NCBI GenBank assembly: GCA_002189035.1
Contig: NEEC01000015.1
Span: 2,232,001-2,296,000, forward strand
Reading direction: 5' to 3'
Source: Utricularia gibba
Lineage: Eukaryota; Plantae; Magnoliophyta
Length of the DNA: 64,000 nucleotides
The translations under genes were made by a program, and so were the position numbers. The notes beneath the pieces were generated by a model. It had not been told where the DNA came from. It saw only the letters and a program-made list of their open reading frames with translations, and did no database searches. Shown here one piece after another: positions 24,866-36,699 of the stretch (its first letter is position 1; each line of letters starts with the position of its first letter).

Positions 24866-25339
24866 GAACAGCCGGAGCAGGAAACCCAGAAAAAAAACTC
24901 GTAGGAAAGGGAAGCAGCAAGGCAGTTATCAAAGACGCCGGCGGTAACAGAACCTCAGACGAGTCAAACAAGCGGTACACTTGCGTATTCTAAAGAGGGT
25001 GCCGAGATCCCCCCCGTTCTGTAATCGGTTCACACAACACCCACCACGGGGTTGTCGTTCATTTTCAGTGCAAGCGCTGCGCGGCGCGCGCGCGTGTGGT
25101 TAGCGAAGCCGGGAGGGAGTAACCATGGTTCCCAAACAAACCCACACCCAGAGTGAGGGGCAGTACGCTGACGTCATCATTCATTATGGTGAGGAGGGCC
25201 CCACTTGGGACGCCGCAGCAGGAGCAGGAGCAGCTGCTGCTGCTGCTGCACAAAAACCTCGAGCGGAGTGGCGGACATTCCAGTCCAGTCCCAGAAATAA
25301 GGCGTAAATTTAGTTCGTTCCGCACCCCCTGGTCGTAAA

Positions 25340-25986
25340 CCCCCCCCCCCCCCCCGAGATTCTCCTAAGAAACCAACCCCCTTCGCCCCTCTCACGTGCT
25401 CCCACAAAACACACACAGTCAGTTGATCCTGTAATGATGGATCATGGTGGACAGGTAAACCCTTATTTATTCACCCATGTATTAATTAATTAATGAAACC
25501 CCATGTTGAAAACTCAGAGGCCCCTGAGTTGAGCTGCTGCTTCGGCTCCGCTCACACCTGACCTGACCTGACACACGCTGTGTGTGTGTGTATGTGTGTG
25601 TGTGTGGATTGGATTAATAATATCTATACATGTAGCCTTGATTCTGGATTATGGTGTGTGTGTGTGTGAGTGAGTGGGTGTGTGTGTTTATTTATTATTA
25701 TTATTATTATTTTAATTGTTGGAAGAGGGTGCGTGGTGGAGGGAGACCATGATCAGAGACCGGGGTCATGGATATTTAATTTAATTCAGGAATAAAGTAG
25801 TCGTTTCCGTACACCACACATCCCATGAAAAGAAAAGCTTCCCGGCATTTGTTTTGTTTCTTCGCCTGCCCGCCCTTCTTCACGCCCCGCCAGCAAGGAG
25901 AAAGAAAGAAAGAAATATGGGGAGGGGATGGGCGTCTGAACAAGTAGAGCAGCAGCAGCTATGGAGGGGTGGGGGGGGGGGGGGGG
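25340..25986. repeat. Simple-repeat-rich ARF/NRP intergenic stretch: C16 (25340-25355), (GT)n, (TTA)n, G16 (25971-25986)
   Basis: Direct reading. Confidence 0.8.
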
Positions 25987-26715
25987 ATGGGGCCCACTCC
26001 CCGACAAATGGGGCAGGCTTTCAGGTACGGACCTGGTCTGAAGTGGGGTCCGCCGAGGGATCAGCGTTTCAGTGGTCCGGTCCTGGCCTGGGAGCAGTAC
26101 ATGTCCTCAGATGCGTCCACGTGGCACCCCCATCGACGGCCCACGCCCTCTCCGGACCACCACGCTCCACTCCTCAACCCACCACCGCTCCATTATTATT
26201 TCATTCTTTTCGTATTAAAAAAAAAAAGAAAAGGGTATGGTTCCATTTTTCTGGGATTTAACGAATATCCTTAAAAGCCATGGTTGTGCAATATGCTCAA
26301 AGAAAACGCCACTCGTGGGGGGACTTGTCTTAATTTTCTCATTTGGTTGAGGGAATCCCCCAGACACGAAAGGGATTTTATTTATTTATACACCCCGGTG
26401 GTGTGCTGTGCCTCCCTCGTGTTTTAAATTCAGTTGGTGAAAATTAATTGTATTCCCTTTTCTTGTGGGCCCCAATTCACGATTTAACGGCACAAAAATA
26501 ATAATTATTCTAAAAACAAAAAAGGGAAGACGAGCCCCATCTGGGTTGGCTTCACTCGGCTCGGCTGCACGGGGAGGGTATTCTAGGCATTTCCTTCTGC
26601 CCTAACAACAATCGTGAATTATCATTATTGGGCCATTCGATGGGCTTCCTTCTCAAGCCCAACTCTGAGCTACATGAGGCTGGGCCAGCTTTGCGCGTCA
26701 GATGCCCATGGGCTT

Positions 26716-26727
26716 TGACACGTGTCA
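26716..26727. promoter_or_regulatory. Palindromic G-box/ABRE (TGACACGTGTCA) about 400 bp upstream of the NRP ATG
   Basis: Perfect 12-bp palindrome with ACGTGTC on both strands. A CGCGTG and a GCCACGTC lie at about 26911-26922. Confidence 0.55.
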
Positions 26728-27127
26728 GAAACCTTGGAAGCTACGAAAGGGGTGGCGGTGGGAACGGCATCAACGATTCACGGGCGACTTTCTAGAAGGT
26801 GGGGTAGCAAAGAACGCGTAAATGGAAAGAAAAAAAGGGTATTATAGCTTCCAATTTATTAATTTCTTGGTTTATAAAAAATGAGGAATAAAAAACGGGA
26901 TGCTCAATGAGCGCGTGCCACGTCGTCACCCACTTTGACAAAGCCGGAGTGTCGTTTTACAGTTGTAGTGAAGGGGAAGGGGGGTTTCCATGGAGGGCAG
27001 CTACGGAGTTTCACGACTTCTGGTGCTCCTCCATTTTCCGCTCTGTTGAATATAAATATACAGCCTGGCCATCCGTTTTCCTCCTCCAGAGAAACCCAAT
27101 TCTTGACTTTCTGGGTCGCTGGAAGAG

Positions 27128-28597
27128 ATGGATAACGCGAATCAGTCATCCTTTTGGCAGTTCAGCGACGATCTCCGCCTCCAGACTGGTAATTTGTCTA
27201 ATCTATCGCTTAATGATTCCATCTGGAGCTTCGATTACCCGGCGAAGCGTACTGCTGAGGTGCGCCGGAACTATGATTTCCGCAGCCTGGATTCTGGGTC
27301 CTCGTTTGTTGGATCGGGGAGTGATATGAACTCCGATTTCAATATGGACATATGGAAACCTCCGGTCAACGAGGTCGTCACTCGCGGCGTTGATTACTCT
27401 GGAGTTGGATCTGGATCGGCTGGGGTGAACGGAGGGTTTAACAAGGGGATTTATTCAACCCCTTCACTGAATTTCAAGGGTTACAGTAAGAGCAGGGGTT
27501 TCTCGAAGAGCTTTATGCTGAACGAAAAGGTGAATAAGGGTAAGAACGAGGAGGATCTCGGTAAAAATGGGAAGAAGAATAAGGGGAACCGAGATGTCGC
27601 CAAGGATAACAACGGCGGGGGTAAATCAGAGGTGGATAAGCGTTTCAAAACTCTTCCTCCGGCGGAAGCTTTACCCAGAAACGAGACGATTGGGGGGTAT
27701 ATTTTTGTCTGTAACAACGACACCATGGCTGAGAATCTCAAGAGGCAGCTATTTGGTATGTGCCACCTTGAATTGTTTACGGTTTTGAAAATTGTGGGGT
27801 TTGATTCTTTGATCTGGAAATCTTTTTTTGCATAAGAGCGTTTGCTTTCTCCTTTTCAATACCAAGCAAAGCTTATGTTATGTCTTCTGTTATGGGATTC
27901 GACCATAGCTGTATGCTATTCATCCTTGATTAGATGCTTCATTTTATTTGGCTCATGTTCTATCCCCTAGCAAGATTTTTTTTTATTTACATTTTGAGTT
28001 GAAATTTCAACTCCTGCAGGGTTGCCTCCTCGATACCGTGACTCTGTACGTGCGATCACACCAGGGTTGCCTCTCTTTCTTTACAATTATTCAACTCACC
28101 AACTCCATGGAATCTTTGAGGTTTGTATTTGGTGTGGCTATTTGAGGGTTGATTTTGATCATTCTCATTCATCTCATCTGATGCACTTTGTAGGCTGCTA
28201 GCTTTGGTGGCACGAATATCGACCCCACAGCTTGGGAGGACAAGAAAAACCCGGGCGAATCACGCTTTCCTGCTCAGGTTCGTCCCTAATACCAGCTCAG
28301 AACTCTGAATTTCCTCGAAGATCAGGGCAGTGGGGATAAGTGACCACTCTTCTTTCACTTGCAGGTTCGTGTAGTGACAAGGAAGATCTGCGAGCCCATG
28401 GAGGAAGACTCCTTCCGCCCAATTCTTCACCATTACGACGGTCCCAAATTCCGGCTGGAGCTCAACATCCCTGAGGTAATGCCTCTTCTTCTGCATACCC
28501 AACGTTCACTGATGACACAGCTGTTTGACTGACGGGCGGTATGCATTGCTTGCAGGCTCTCTCCCTGTTGGACATTTTTGCAGAAACCAGCCCTTGA
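27128..28597 (+). CDS. NRP: DCD-domain N-rich protein (NRP/B2-like), 5 exons
   Basis: SSFWQFSDDLR...SLNDSIWS N-terminus, KRFKTLPPAEALPRNETIGGYIFVCNNDTMAENLKRQLFG|LPPRYRDSV...GPKFRLELNIPE|ALSLLDIFAETSP*. Confidence 0.94.
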
Positions 28598-29167
28598 AGA
28601 GAAGGAAAAAATCATCCTGACCCTTACATTGACATGTATGCGTGTTGAGAAGACTGGGAGGAAGGGAACTGCTCACTGCTTTCACCAGAAATAGAGCTGA
28701 ATGGAACACCAATACCCTCTTATATTGAAGAATATCTATACCCCCACCCCACCCCACCGTTGTAAAAGTAAACTTGATGAGTATACTTCGTCCTGTGTGC
28801 TAAACAATAATGGCTGCTGTTGGAATATCAATAAATTGCTTGATCTGAAGAATGGAGATGGCACCAACTTTGCTGAAGAAAACGATAGGCTGTGAGGGTC
28901 GGCAATGAATGTGGGGTGGGTACGTGTTAGGTTGGTGGTAGTTGGTCCTTCCTTTGACCACGCAACAACTGCAAAACAGCATCATTTATTTTCATCGGTG
29001 ACAAAAATGTGCATGAACTTCAATCCTATAACAACGACCCTTACGCAGTTCAAAACGGTACAGCAGTAAATGCTGTAGCGAAAAAAACAAATGTTTCCCA
29101 TCTCCAGTGGACGTAGAAAGGTGCTGCGTGGTGGTGGTGGTCTGTTGACTCCAGGTGTTGGTGTAGT

Positions 29168-30957
29168 TCAATTCCAGGATAGCATTTCTTGTAAGTTCAT
29201 TGGGTAACACATATCGATGTGCGAACCGGACCAAACATTATCGGCTAGAATTTCGTTCACGGCAGCTGTTGGATGAAACTGATCCCACCAAATGTAGTTC
29301 GAAGCATTGTCACAAGCCATCTCTGGAGAAATGCAAGGTAGCCATCCTTTATGGTTCCCAAACCCACAACACGCATCTTCTGTGACATTGAATCCTGAAA
29401 CACAGGAGACAAACTTATGTCGTTGTAGATGCAACAAGAATAGCATTAACAGATGGAGCAGCAGCAATGAGTAGAAACTAATTTTCCACTTAAGCATGCA
29501 GAGTGCTCGGTCAGACGATAATAGATGCTGCAGCTATAGCTAGTAAAAGCGGGCCTGGAAATCTATCGAAACCAAAATATTCGAACAAACCAATCCTTGT
29601 CAAATGAACAAAATCCTCACCATAAAGGTCATGATTCCTGATTATGTCCAAGGAGCCCTCAAAAGCGTCACAGAAAACTATCCGAGCTCCAGTGAGCTCA
29701 TTATTCAGCTCATCGACAATGTATCTCATAGCTAGATTGAACTCAATTATCATGTTGTTGATCGTGTCCACGCATCCTCCACTGTTGCTGTTTTGGAGCC
29801 ACAAGTAATATGGTGCACAGCCCAGAGGAGCCAGCCCCATCACAACCACATTCCTAACACTCATGTTATACAAACTCTGCAAGATCAGCCGGAACTATAT
29901 ATTCTTAAAATACACCAATTGGTTCCTGAACACAGGGATCGAAGGGGCAGCTTTTCTTAACCTGGATTTCTCGTCTCATCATTTGTACAAGGAATTGGTT
30001 GAAATTCCATGGAAGATAGAGAGATTGAACGTTGGATACGTTCCTGAGATAATAGTGAATGTAGTCATTGCTTCCAATGGAAATGTAGAAAATGGAATCT
30101 GAGAAAAGCGAGGTTGCTGCTCCTTCTCCCATGGTGAGAATGAACTGTTGGTATGTATCCATCACCTGCTGAATCTGCTGTGTCATAGATATATGCATCC
30201 CCTGTATCTAACAGATTTAAAAATGAGTTCCAAACGGTAGCAAAAATCTAGTGTTCCTACTACTCTGTCACCCAGATTGAAAATACCAATTCAGAGCCGC
30301 TGGAGAAGATGATCCCGGATCCGGCGGAAGCATAATTAACTCCTTTCTTCATACCATCGACGGACCGCGCTTTGCTTAAGTAGCTTGGCACAAATGGTAA
30401 TCCAAGACGAAGCGCTGATCGATGACATCACAGACGGAAATAATCCAAAACAAATACCTTTAAAATTGTTTACTTAAATTTAGATTACCAATATAATCAA
30501 CGGGGATTCTTCCATTGCAGAACCGGCCGGTAGGTTGATGCGTGTCGAAATCTCTGCCGTACGGCAGCCTATCTGCTCGTGCAAATGTTCCCAGGAAATT
30601 GTTAGTTCCGCAATCGACTGTAGAATCTCCGATCACGAACAAAGCTGGTGGATTAGAAGAACTCCTAGGTATCGAGTAAGGAGGTATCGAAGGAAACGGA
30701 GTAACCGGCGCCTCCTCCGGCGCTGGAGGAAGTGCAACCGGATCTTCCACATTGCTGGGAGAGAGATCCCGATCTTCCACAGTATCAGGAGCGATGTGAT
30801 CGCTACTTTCCGGTGGAAATCCAAGTGCTTGGATACGTTCAAGAAAGAGCATCGAGGTGAGGAACAATATCAACAAGCACCTGCAGCAGAAGAAACGCAT
30901 CGCAGATGGCGCCATGGATGCGATGAGGTAACCGCTTGAGAAATGGCGGGATGTCAT
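29168..30957 (-). CDS. GDSL esterase/lipase (resembles At4g10950/GELP77, pollen-wall clade)
   Basis: Block I FVIGDSTVDCGTNN, GRFCNGRIPVDY, GVNYASAGSG, IGSNDY, WWDQFHPT. The start is either 30957 or 30915. Confidence 0.92.
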
Positions 30958-31490
30958 AAAGACGACGGGCCCTTAAATACCCCTCGCAAAAAAAATATCT
31001 AAAAATAACAATTTTCTAACCGGAAGGGCACATATGGAAATAAAAGGAGATCCTAATCAAGATCGTGAAGCCTCTGGCAAGAGATGTTGTTCCCCTGGTT
31101 CAGGTGAAAAGTAGGGAGGTTACTCAAGATCGCGCATAATCGTGATGAATTAACAATGATTTCTCAAAGATCCAGCTAAATCACCCCAGCCCGGCTAAGC
31201 CCCTCCCTATTCAGTGAAGTTTAATGGCTTTCCAGCTAATTTGACAGCCGCCCCTTTGCTGCTCTCTGAGCTTCATGCTTCAGTTGTCGACTCCCTGGAA
31301 TCAAATCCGATAGGGGTTCAAGTCAGCTTCCTGCTGCTGACACATCTGGTGCGGCACCAGCAAGCATCTCTTCTTGTATTTAATGTGTTTTGGGGATTCT
31401 GGAAATTGCCATGGATAGGCGTTATGTGGTAGAATCATGGTTTTTTAGACATGCAGGCTGCTCAACTAGTCCGCGGTACAATGGAGGCGC

Positions 31491-32948
31491 TCAGATGGCT
31501 TGAGAAGCCATATTCCGGGCCATTTTGACTAAAGGAACGAGGCTTTTGGTTGCTATATCCATCTTACTTGATCCGGATGCACGCCAGAACAGCGAGTTCA
31601 TCAGTAGAAACTGCTCTCCAAGACTGAGTCTCTGAGACAGAAACGCTTGCCACAGGTGAGGTTTAAGATCAAAGAATGCATCGAAGAATCGTCTCATCCC
31701 ATTTAAGTCTAGTTTCAGCAGAACCTCCATCCCGAAATTGTAGTACTCCCTTTTGAGTCTTCCATCTAGAGGCCACAGTCCATCCCAGACTCTGGTATAC
31801 ATCTGGTTGCCTCTGATCATCCTCGTTGAACCAAGGCATTGCTCGATGGCCTGCGCAAGAACTGGAGCAAGAGCCATCGTCCGAGCAATGCAGTAGCCTG
31901 TAGAAGGATGAACAATCCCGGCATTCCCACCAAACGCCAGGACACTCTGGGGGATCCGAGGAAGTGGCCCTCCCATTGGAATCACGCACTTCTCATCCTC
32001 CAGCACAACCTTCACTCTTATCCCCAAGTGCCTCAGCCTTGCTTCCATCCTCTTCTTGACTTGTGTGTATGATAGCATCGGCCTGCTGACAAGACTGGTC
32101 TCCTCAAGAAACACCAGGTTGCTATCGAATGGCATGGCATACAAGAACGTAGGTGATCTCGAATTGCCGGTACGCAGATATGGCTCGTTTCCCAGATGCG
32201 AATCCCTCCAATCCATCAGAACCATCTTGACCAGATCAAAGGGATGACTATCAACTTCAGCAAGAATGCCATGAGCAATCTGGTAGCCATGGTTCCTCTG
32301 CTTCTCGTAGTGTAAGAACCCACTGGTAAAACCACTTGTATCAACAACTAAACTAGCTTTCACCAATGTGCCATCTTCACAGCCAACAGAAGACTCAAAC
32401 TCCGCATGCTCTAGTGTCAAAGCTTTACCCTTGAAAAACTTCACACCATTTGCTGCACAAGCTGACAGCAGCTTCAACTTTAGGTCCTTTCTATTGACTC
32501 GACCGTACGCCCTGTCCAAATACTTGGTCTTCTTGTCATCGATGTGGACGCTGGTCATGGACCACGTTTTGTCAAGACAATCTTCAAGCCCCAAGCTCTC
32601 GAATTCGTCAGACCAGACGCCGTAATTATTCGGCCACATGGAAAGAGGCGAAGGGTCGATAGCACATACCTCAATTCCTCTACCGGAAATCTGCTCGGCA
32701 AGTCGGAGGCCGGCGGGGCCGGTACCGATGACGATGACATCGAACCGGTTTCTCCTGTCTGGAGGATAAAAAATGGGGACTTCAAAATCCAATGATTCAG
32801 GTTTTAACCTGGGTTCCAGGTCAAGGTAGCTTCCAAATTTGCTGGTTTCGACAATTTGGTGATGTCTTCTTGATAGGGTTTCGCCTGTAGTCTTGGATGG
32901 AAAGGAGCATGGCACTGACATGGGTGCAAATGTGAGAAGAGACGCCAT
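31491..32948 (-). CDS. CYC-B: Chromoplast-type lycopene beta-cyclase (CYC-B / CCS / NSY clade), intronless, about 485 aa
   Basis: DVIVIGTGPAGLRLAEQ (dinucleotide binding), WPNNYGVW, FLEETSLV, VIPMGGPLP, HPSTGY. KFGSYLDL and LGNEPYLR are typical of the CYC-B/CCS clade. The first ATG is at 32948; 33005 is GTG. Confidence 0.92.
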   Translation of the reverse strand: MASLLTFAPMSVPCSFPSKTTGETLSRRHHQIVETSKFGSYLDLEPRLKPESLDFEVPIFYPPDRRNRFDVIVIGTGPAGLRLAEQISGRGIEVCAIDPSPLSMWPNNYGVWSDEFESLGLEDCLDKTWSMTSVHIDDKKTKYLDRAYGRVNRKDLKLKLLSACAANGVKFFKGKALTLEHAEFESSVGCEDGTLVKASLVVDTSGFTSGFLHYEKQRNHGYQIAHGILAEVDSHPFDLVKMVLMDWRDSHLGNEPYLRTGNSRSPTFLYAMPFDSNLVFLEETSLVSRPMLSYTQVKKRMEARLRHLGIRVKVVLEDEKCVIPMGGPLPRIPQSVLAFGGNAGIVHPSTGYCIARTMALAPVLAQAIEQCLGSTRMIRGNQMYTRVWDGLWPLDGRLKREYYNFGMEVLLKLDLNGMRRFFDAFFDLKPHLWQAFLSQRLSLGEQFLLMNSLFWRASGSSKMDIATKSLVPLVKMARNMASQAI

Positions 32949-33816
32949 GGAAGACAGAGCGAAGCCTGGAAAAACTCCGAGATCGGAATTAGGTACAGGA
33001 TCCACATAGATACCGTAGCAAGTGCGGGGATATGGAAGGCTGCCTAACCAGCAAAGTGCACATGACTCCTCAAGTGAAAATTTACAGTCAATTAAAATTC
33101 ACCCCATTCCTGTAAAAATGGAATCACATCAGCTTCTCATGTCATCCATTGTCATGTGTAACAGTTTTTACAGCATTTTGAGCTTTCTCAGTGCCAAGTA
33201 CAAGCCAGCAACTACAAGCTATAAAAATTTGAAGTTTGAAGAATATACGCTTTGATTCACACTGAAAGTTTTAACTGAATGGCAGTCATTTCAAAAAAAT
33301 TAGAGAATGTGAAAGCTCCAGATATGAATGAATTCAGATAGACCAACCAACAAAGGGGCCGGCGACTCTGTAAGTCCGGTAAGTAAGTGGCTAAGTCGAA
33401 TCCAATTTCAAGAAAAAGATGATAGTAAAGGAAGCTGGGAACTACAGGAAAACAGAGTGCATGTATATTTCATAAATGTCACCTGCATAGATTTCAATCA
33501 TCTGAAAGACAGTAGACGTCAGTAGTGCTAGATCAATCCATAAACAAACAAAAAATGGAAGAAAAGGTCGTTGAGGAACTTCACTGCCAATGGAAAGAGA
33601 TTCAGAGCAAAAGTTGCAAACTTTCTCCAATTGTTCAGACAGGCTGATTTGCAAGCCCAGATACGCATCTGGATTTTGAGCATGAAAACTAAAAGATGTT
33701 TAAGAGAGTAAAATTGTGATGAATTGAAGGTGATCATGAGCGCAAGCTGTACATGATTTATTAACAACAGCCTTTTTTGTTAGGTTTAGGCCAGGTATGT
33801 GGGCATGAACTAACGT

Positions 33817-34396
33817 TCAATCCAGAAAACCAGTCTTCCTCCAGACGGCGTTGGGTACCTGCCGTAGATCCGTACCCTTCAGCGTGTGGCCGGCACCCTC
33901 CACTACAGAGGACGACAGAATTGGAGTATTCTTCGCAGCAACTATCTCGTGGTGGGAGTCTTCCCAGTATCATCCTCATTCGAGACGACGTCGTCCATCC
34001 CTCTTGCTCTCATGTGGAATTTCGAAAGCATCATCGGAACATTCACCGGAGCCCAATCGCCGATTATCCATCCGCGGAAGTGGAGGCCACAGAATCTTTA
34101 TCCTTGATGAGTAGCAGTAGTGGGTGAAAGTGAGAGCGAAGAGGGCATTGCCGCAGATACGGATATCCTGCGATTCATAACGTCTGGAGACGACCGGATT
34201 TCCCGTTTTCGATCTCGCAACGGCTCAGCCGAGGAAACATCGTTTTCGGCGTGTCCCAATGTCTGGCCTGCTGATCCAGGGAATGTCTGCTGCTGGAACA
34301 TACCCAGGTACCAATCGAGGGCCAGAGTCTGCCTCCGTTCTCCGATCTGCAAAGAACTGTGCCGCCGCCGCCGCCGCCGCCGCAGACTCCTTCCAT
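33817..34396 (-). pseudogene. Frameshifted S40/DUF584 senescence-regulator family gene
   Basis: The C-terminal frame reads HEIVAAKNTPILSSSVVEGAGHTLKGTDLRQVPNAVWRKTGFLD* (family consensus PPHE..A....SVLEG.GRTLKGRDL..VRNAVW..TGF.D). APVNVP lies in a different frame upstream, and the N-terminal part needs further shifts. Confidence 0.7.
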
Positions 34397-34683
34397 TTGA
34401 GGGCCTCCCTGGCGAGAACGTCGAGGGCGGCCTTGGCGCAGATTAACTGATTCTCCGGGAATCGAGGAGTGCACTGCGGTGCAGATCCTTCCAATTTTCA
34501 CACAAATTGTATAATCGATGTCATATTATTTTAAGTTAATATTTTACATATAAACATGTAAATTCAACAAAAAGAAAACGAAAAATAAAATGAAAACTTG
34601 TCCTCATCATTTTCAAACCATTTATAATTAAAATTCAGAAATCAGCAAACACTGAACTTGAATCAGAACATCACTTCCTCGTA

Positions 34684-36091
34684 TCAGCAACACATCTGCA
34701 GAATGTTTGCAGACGACACATTCTGGAGCTTACAAACTACAGAAAGGAACATCAACCAGACGAATGAATGAAAACTCGTGTATCTTCTTAGATTTGCTGA
34801 GGAAACTGAGGAATAATCCATGTTAGGAAGATAACCCTGCAGCCCAACGTTGTACACAGATGAGCCATTTGGGTAAAACAATCCGTAGTTTCTTTCAGAC
34901 ATTGGACCTGGCTTTAGATCCTCATTGAACAGGGCAAAAACATATATATCCAGTGGCTGTGATGGCCTAGCTGGAGTCCCTTGTCTCTGTTCAGTTCTCT
35001 TTATCAGATTTCCAATGTATAACTGAGCATTTTCAGGTGTGGCTCCTGCTTCATTTGCATCTCCCTTTGAAGGCCATCCTGTCTCTGAAACCTTCACCTG
35101 TATATCCGTGTGGCCCAGAGCTTTCAGTGCCGAGTAAACTGCATCTATCTGTGCATAGAGCATGTTGTCATAGTGTAAGTTTGTTGTGGGATCAACCGTG
35201 CCGTTGTTCGGCTGGAAGAGTGCGTAGTTCAGGGGTATGTCTTCTGGGTTGTCTCTGTAAGCGAAAAAAGGGTAAGTGTTTATGAGGAAAGGAGACCCTG
35301 ACTGAACATGAAACTCCAGGATGCTCCTGATATAGCCTGTAAGATCTTCCCTGAATGCACCTGCAGAAGGAGGGAAGGAGTTTTCCAAGATTCCGAAAGA
35401 ATGAGCTGTGGTAACGTAGATCTCTTGGCTCAGGCTGAGGTTTTGGAGGACCCCATGAACAGTCTGCATAGCAGGCAGCAACAAAGACATCAGCTCCGTG
35501 TCGTTTCCGGTCAGCACCTCGTTTCCGACGGTGATGCACTTGATCTTTGTTTCAGGAATGTAAGGTTTCACTCTCTGTTGAATCCAAGCTTGAGCTTGAA
35601 TAGGATCAGTCATCCTCCTGAGGTACTCGTTTCCCAGTCCAATTACAAATTCGACATCTGTGTTTGAGAATGCTGATAGCACGCCTGGATCAGCATCGTA
35701 CAGTTTCACTCTGGTTATGTTGAGTGATCCTAAGAGAAATGTGACTCTTGATGGGGCTGGGAGGTTATCTGCAATTTGGCCATAGTTGATTCCCAGTCCA
35801 ATCCCCAGAGTGCTTCCCAAGAACACTGTCAACCAAAACAAAGATCAGCTTCACAAATTTGCAGACATGTTGTGTTCATCTATCTGTTTATTTTTTCTAG
35901 ATTTTGCACATCCACAAAAGGGAACTTCCTTAAAACTCAGTGCTGATAACCTCTAGAATTAGAAAAACAGGACTCAAGAAACCTGAGAAACCAATATATG
36001 AGCATATTTCCTTAACTCAAAAAGAAGAAGAAGAGGAGGAAGAACAACCTGGAAGAATAAGGAGGAGAAGGGATCGGAAGAAGGTGACCAT
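34684..36091 (-). CDS. Glucan endo-1,3-beta-glucosidase (GH17), hydrophobic C-terminal tail
   Basis: Exon 1 signal peptide MVTFFRSLLLLILP| joins VFLGSTLGIGLGINYG. Motifs ITVGNEV and VSETGWPS (both catalytic Glu) and YVFALFNEDLKPGPMSERNYGLF. Confidence 0.93.
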
Positions 36092-36699
36092 AACAATGTT
36101 TCTGCTGAACACTCTACTGCCCCATAAACATTCAAGCACAAACTAAGTGTTTCAACGTGTCATCACCCTGTAACTGCTCGATGAATGCCTTGAAAACCTC
36201 TCTGCATAAATACTCACAGTGCATAAAGCCACAGTCCAAACTCCAGTTTTCAGTTGCTGTAATCAAAAGAGAAGATAAAAAGCGCAAAATTTTTTATAAA
36301 TCAGTAGAGACTGTGTGGTCAGCCAGGACCTTTTCCTTTATACTTATTCCTCTATAAAAGTTACATGAGAAGGGTTCTTTCTGCATATCCCTTGTTCTCA
36401 GAAAGGGACATCCTTCAGCCCTTTTGAAGGTGAAATACTGAACGTTCATTAAGTTGGACAAGGCACTAGGGAGGTACCAATGGAAGTACCGAGAACTGTC
36501 TGAGCAACTAAGAGCCTAAAAATTCCAATCAAATAAGAGAAAAATGAAAGGCAAATTTACGCAGAGCAGATTAGGCCATGAATAAGAAGGCAATACCGAA
36601 AGAGAATTTCTTTGGAACCATGATTCAAGTTCTTAAACAAGCATGATGTCACTCGAAAAGGATTCAACAGTTCAACAAAACGTGCAACATAGACGGTTC

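Noticed and set aside
29168-32948. GDSL esterase next to a carotenoid cyclase as a xanthophyll-ester biosynthetic cluster
   Set aside because: The GDSL resembles the pollen-wall clade rather than a xanthophyll acyltransferase, and no other pathway genes are nearby.
33761-34501. Cluster of overlapping ORFs on both strands, including poly-Ala/Gly/Arg frames
   Set aside because: Explained by the fragmented S40 gene and a (CCG)n repeat; not separate genes.
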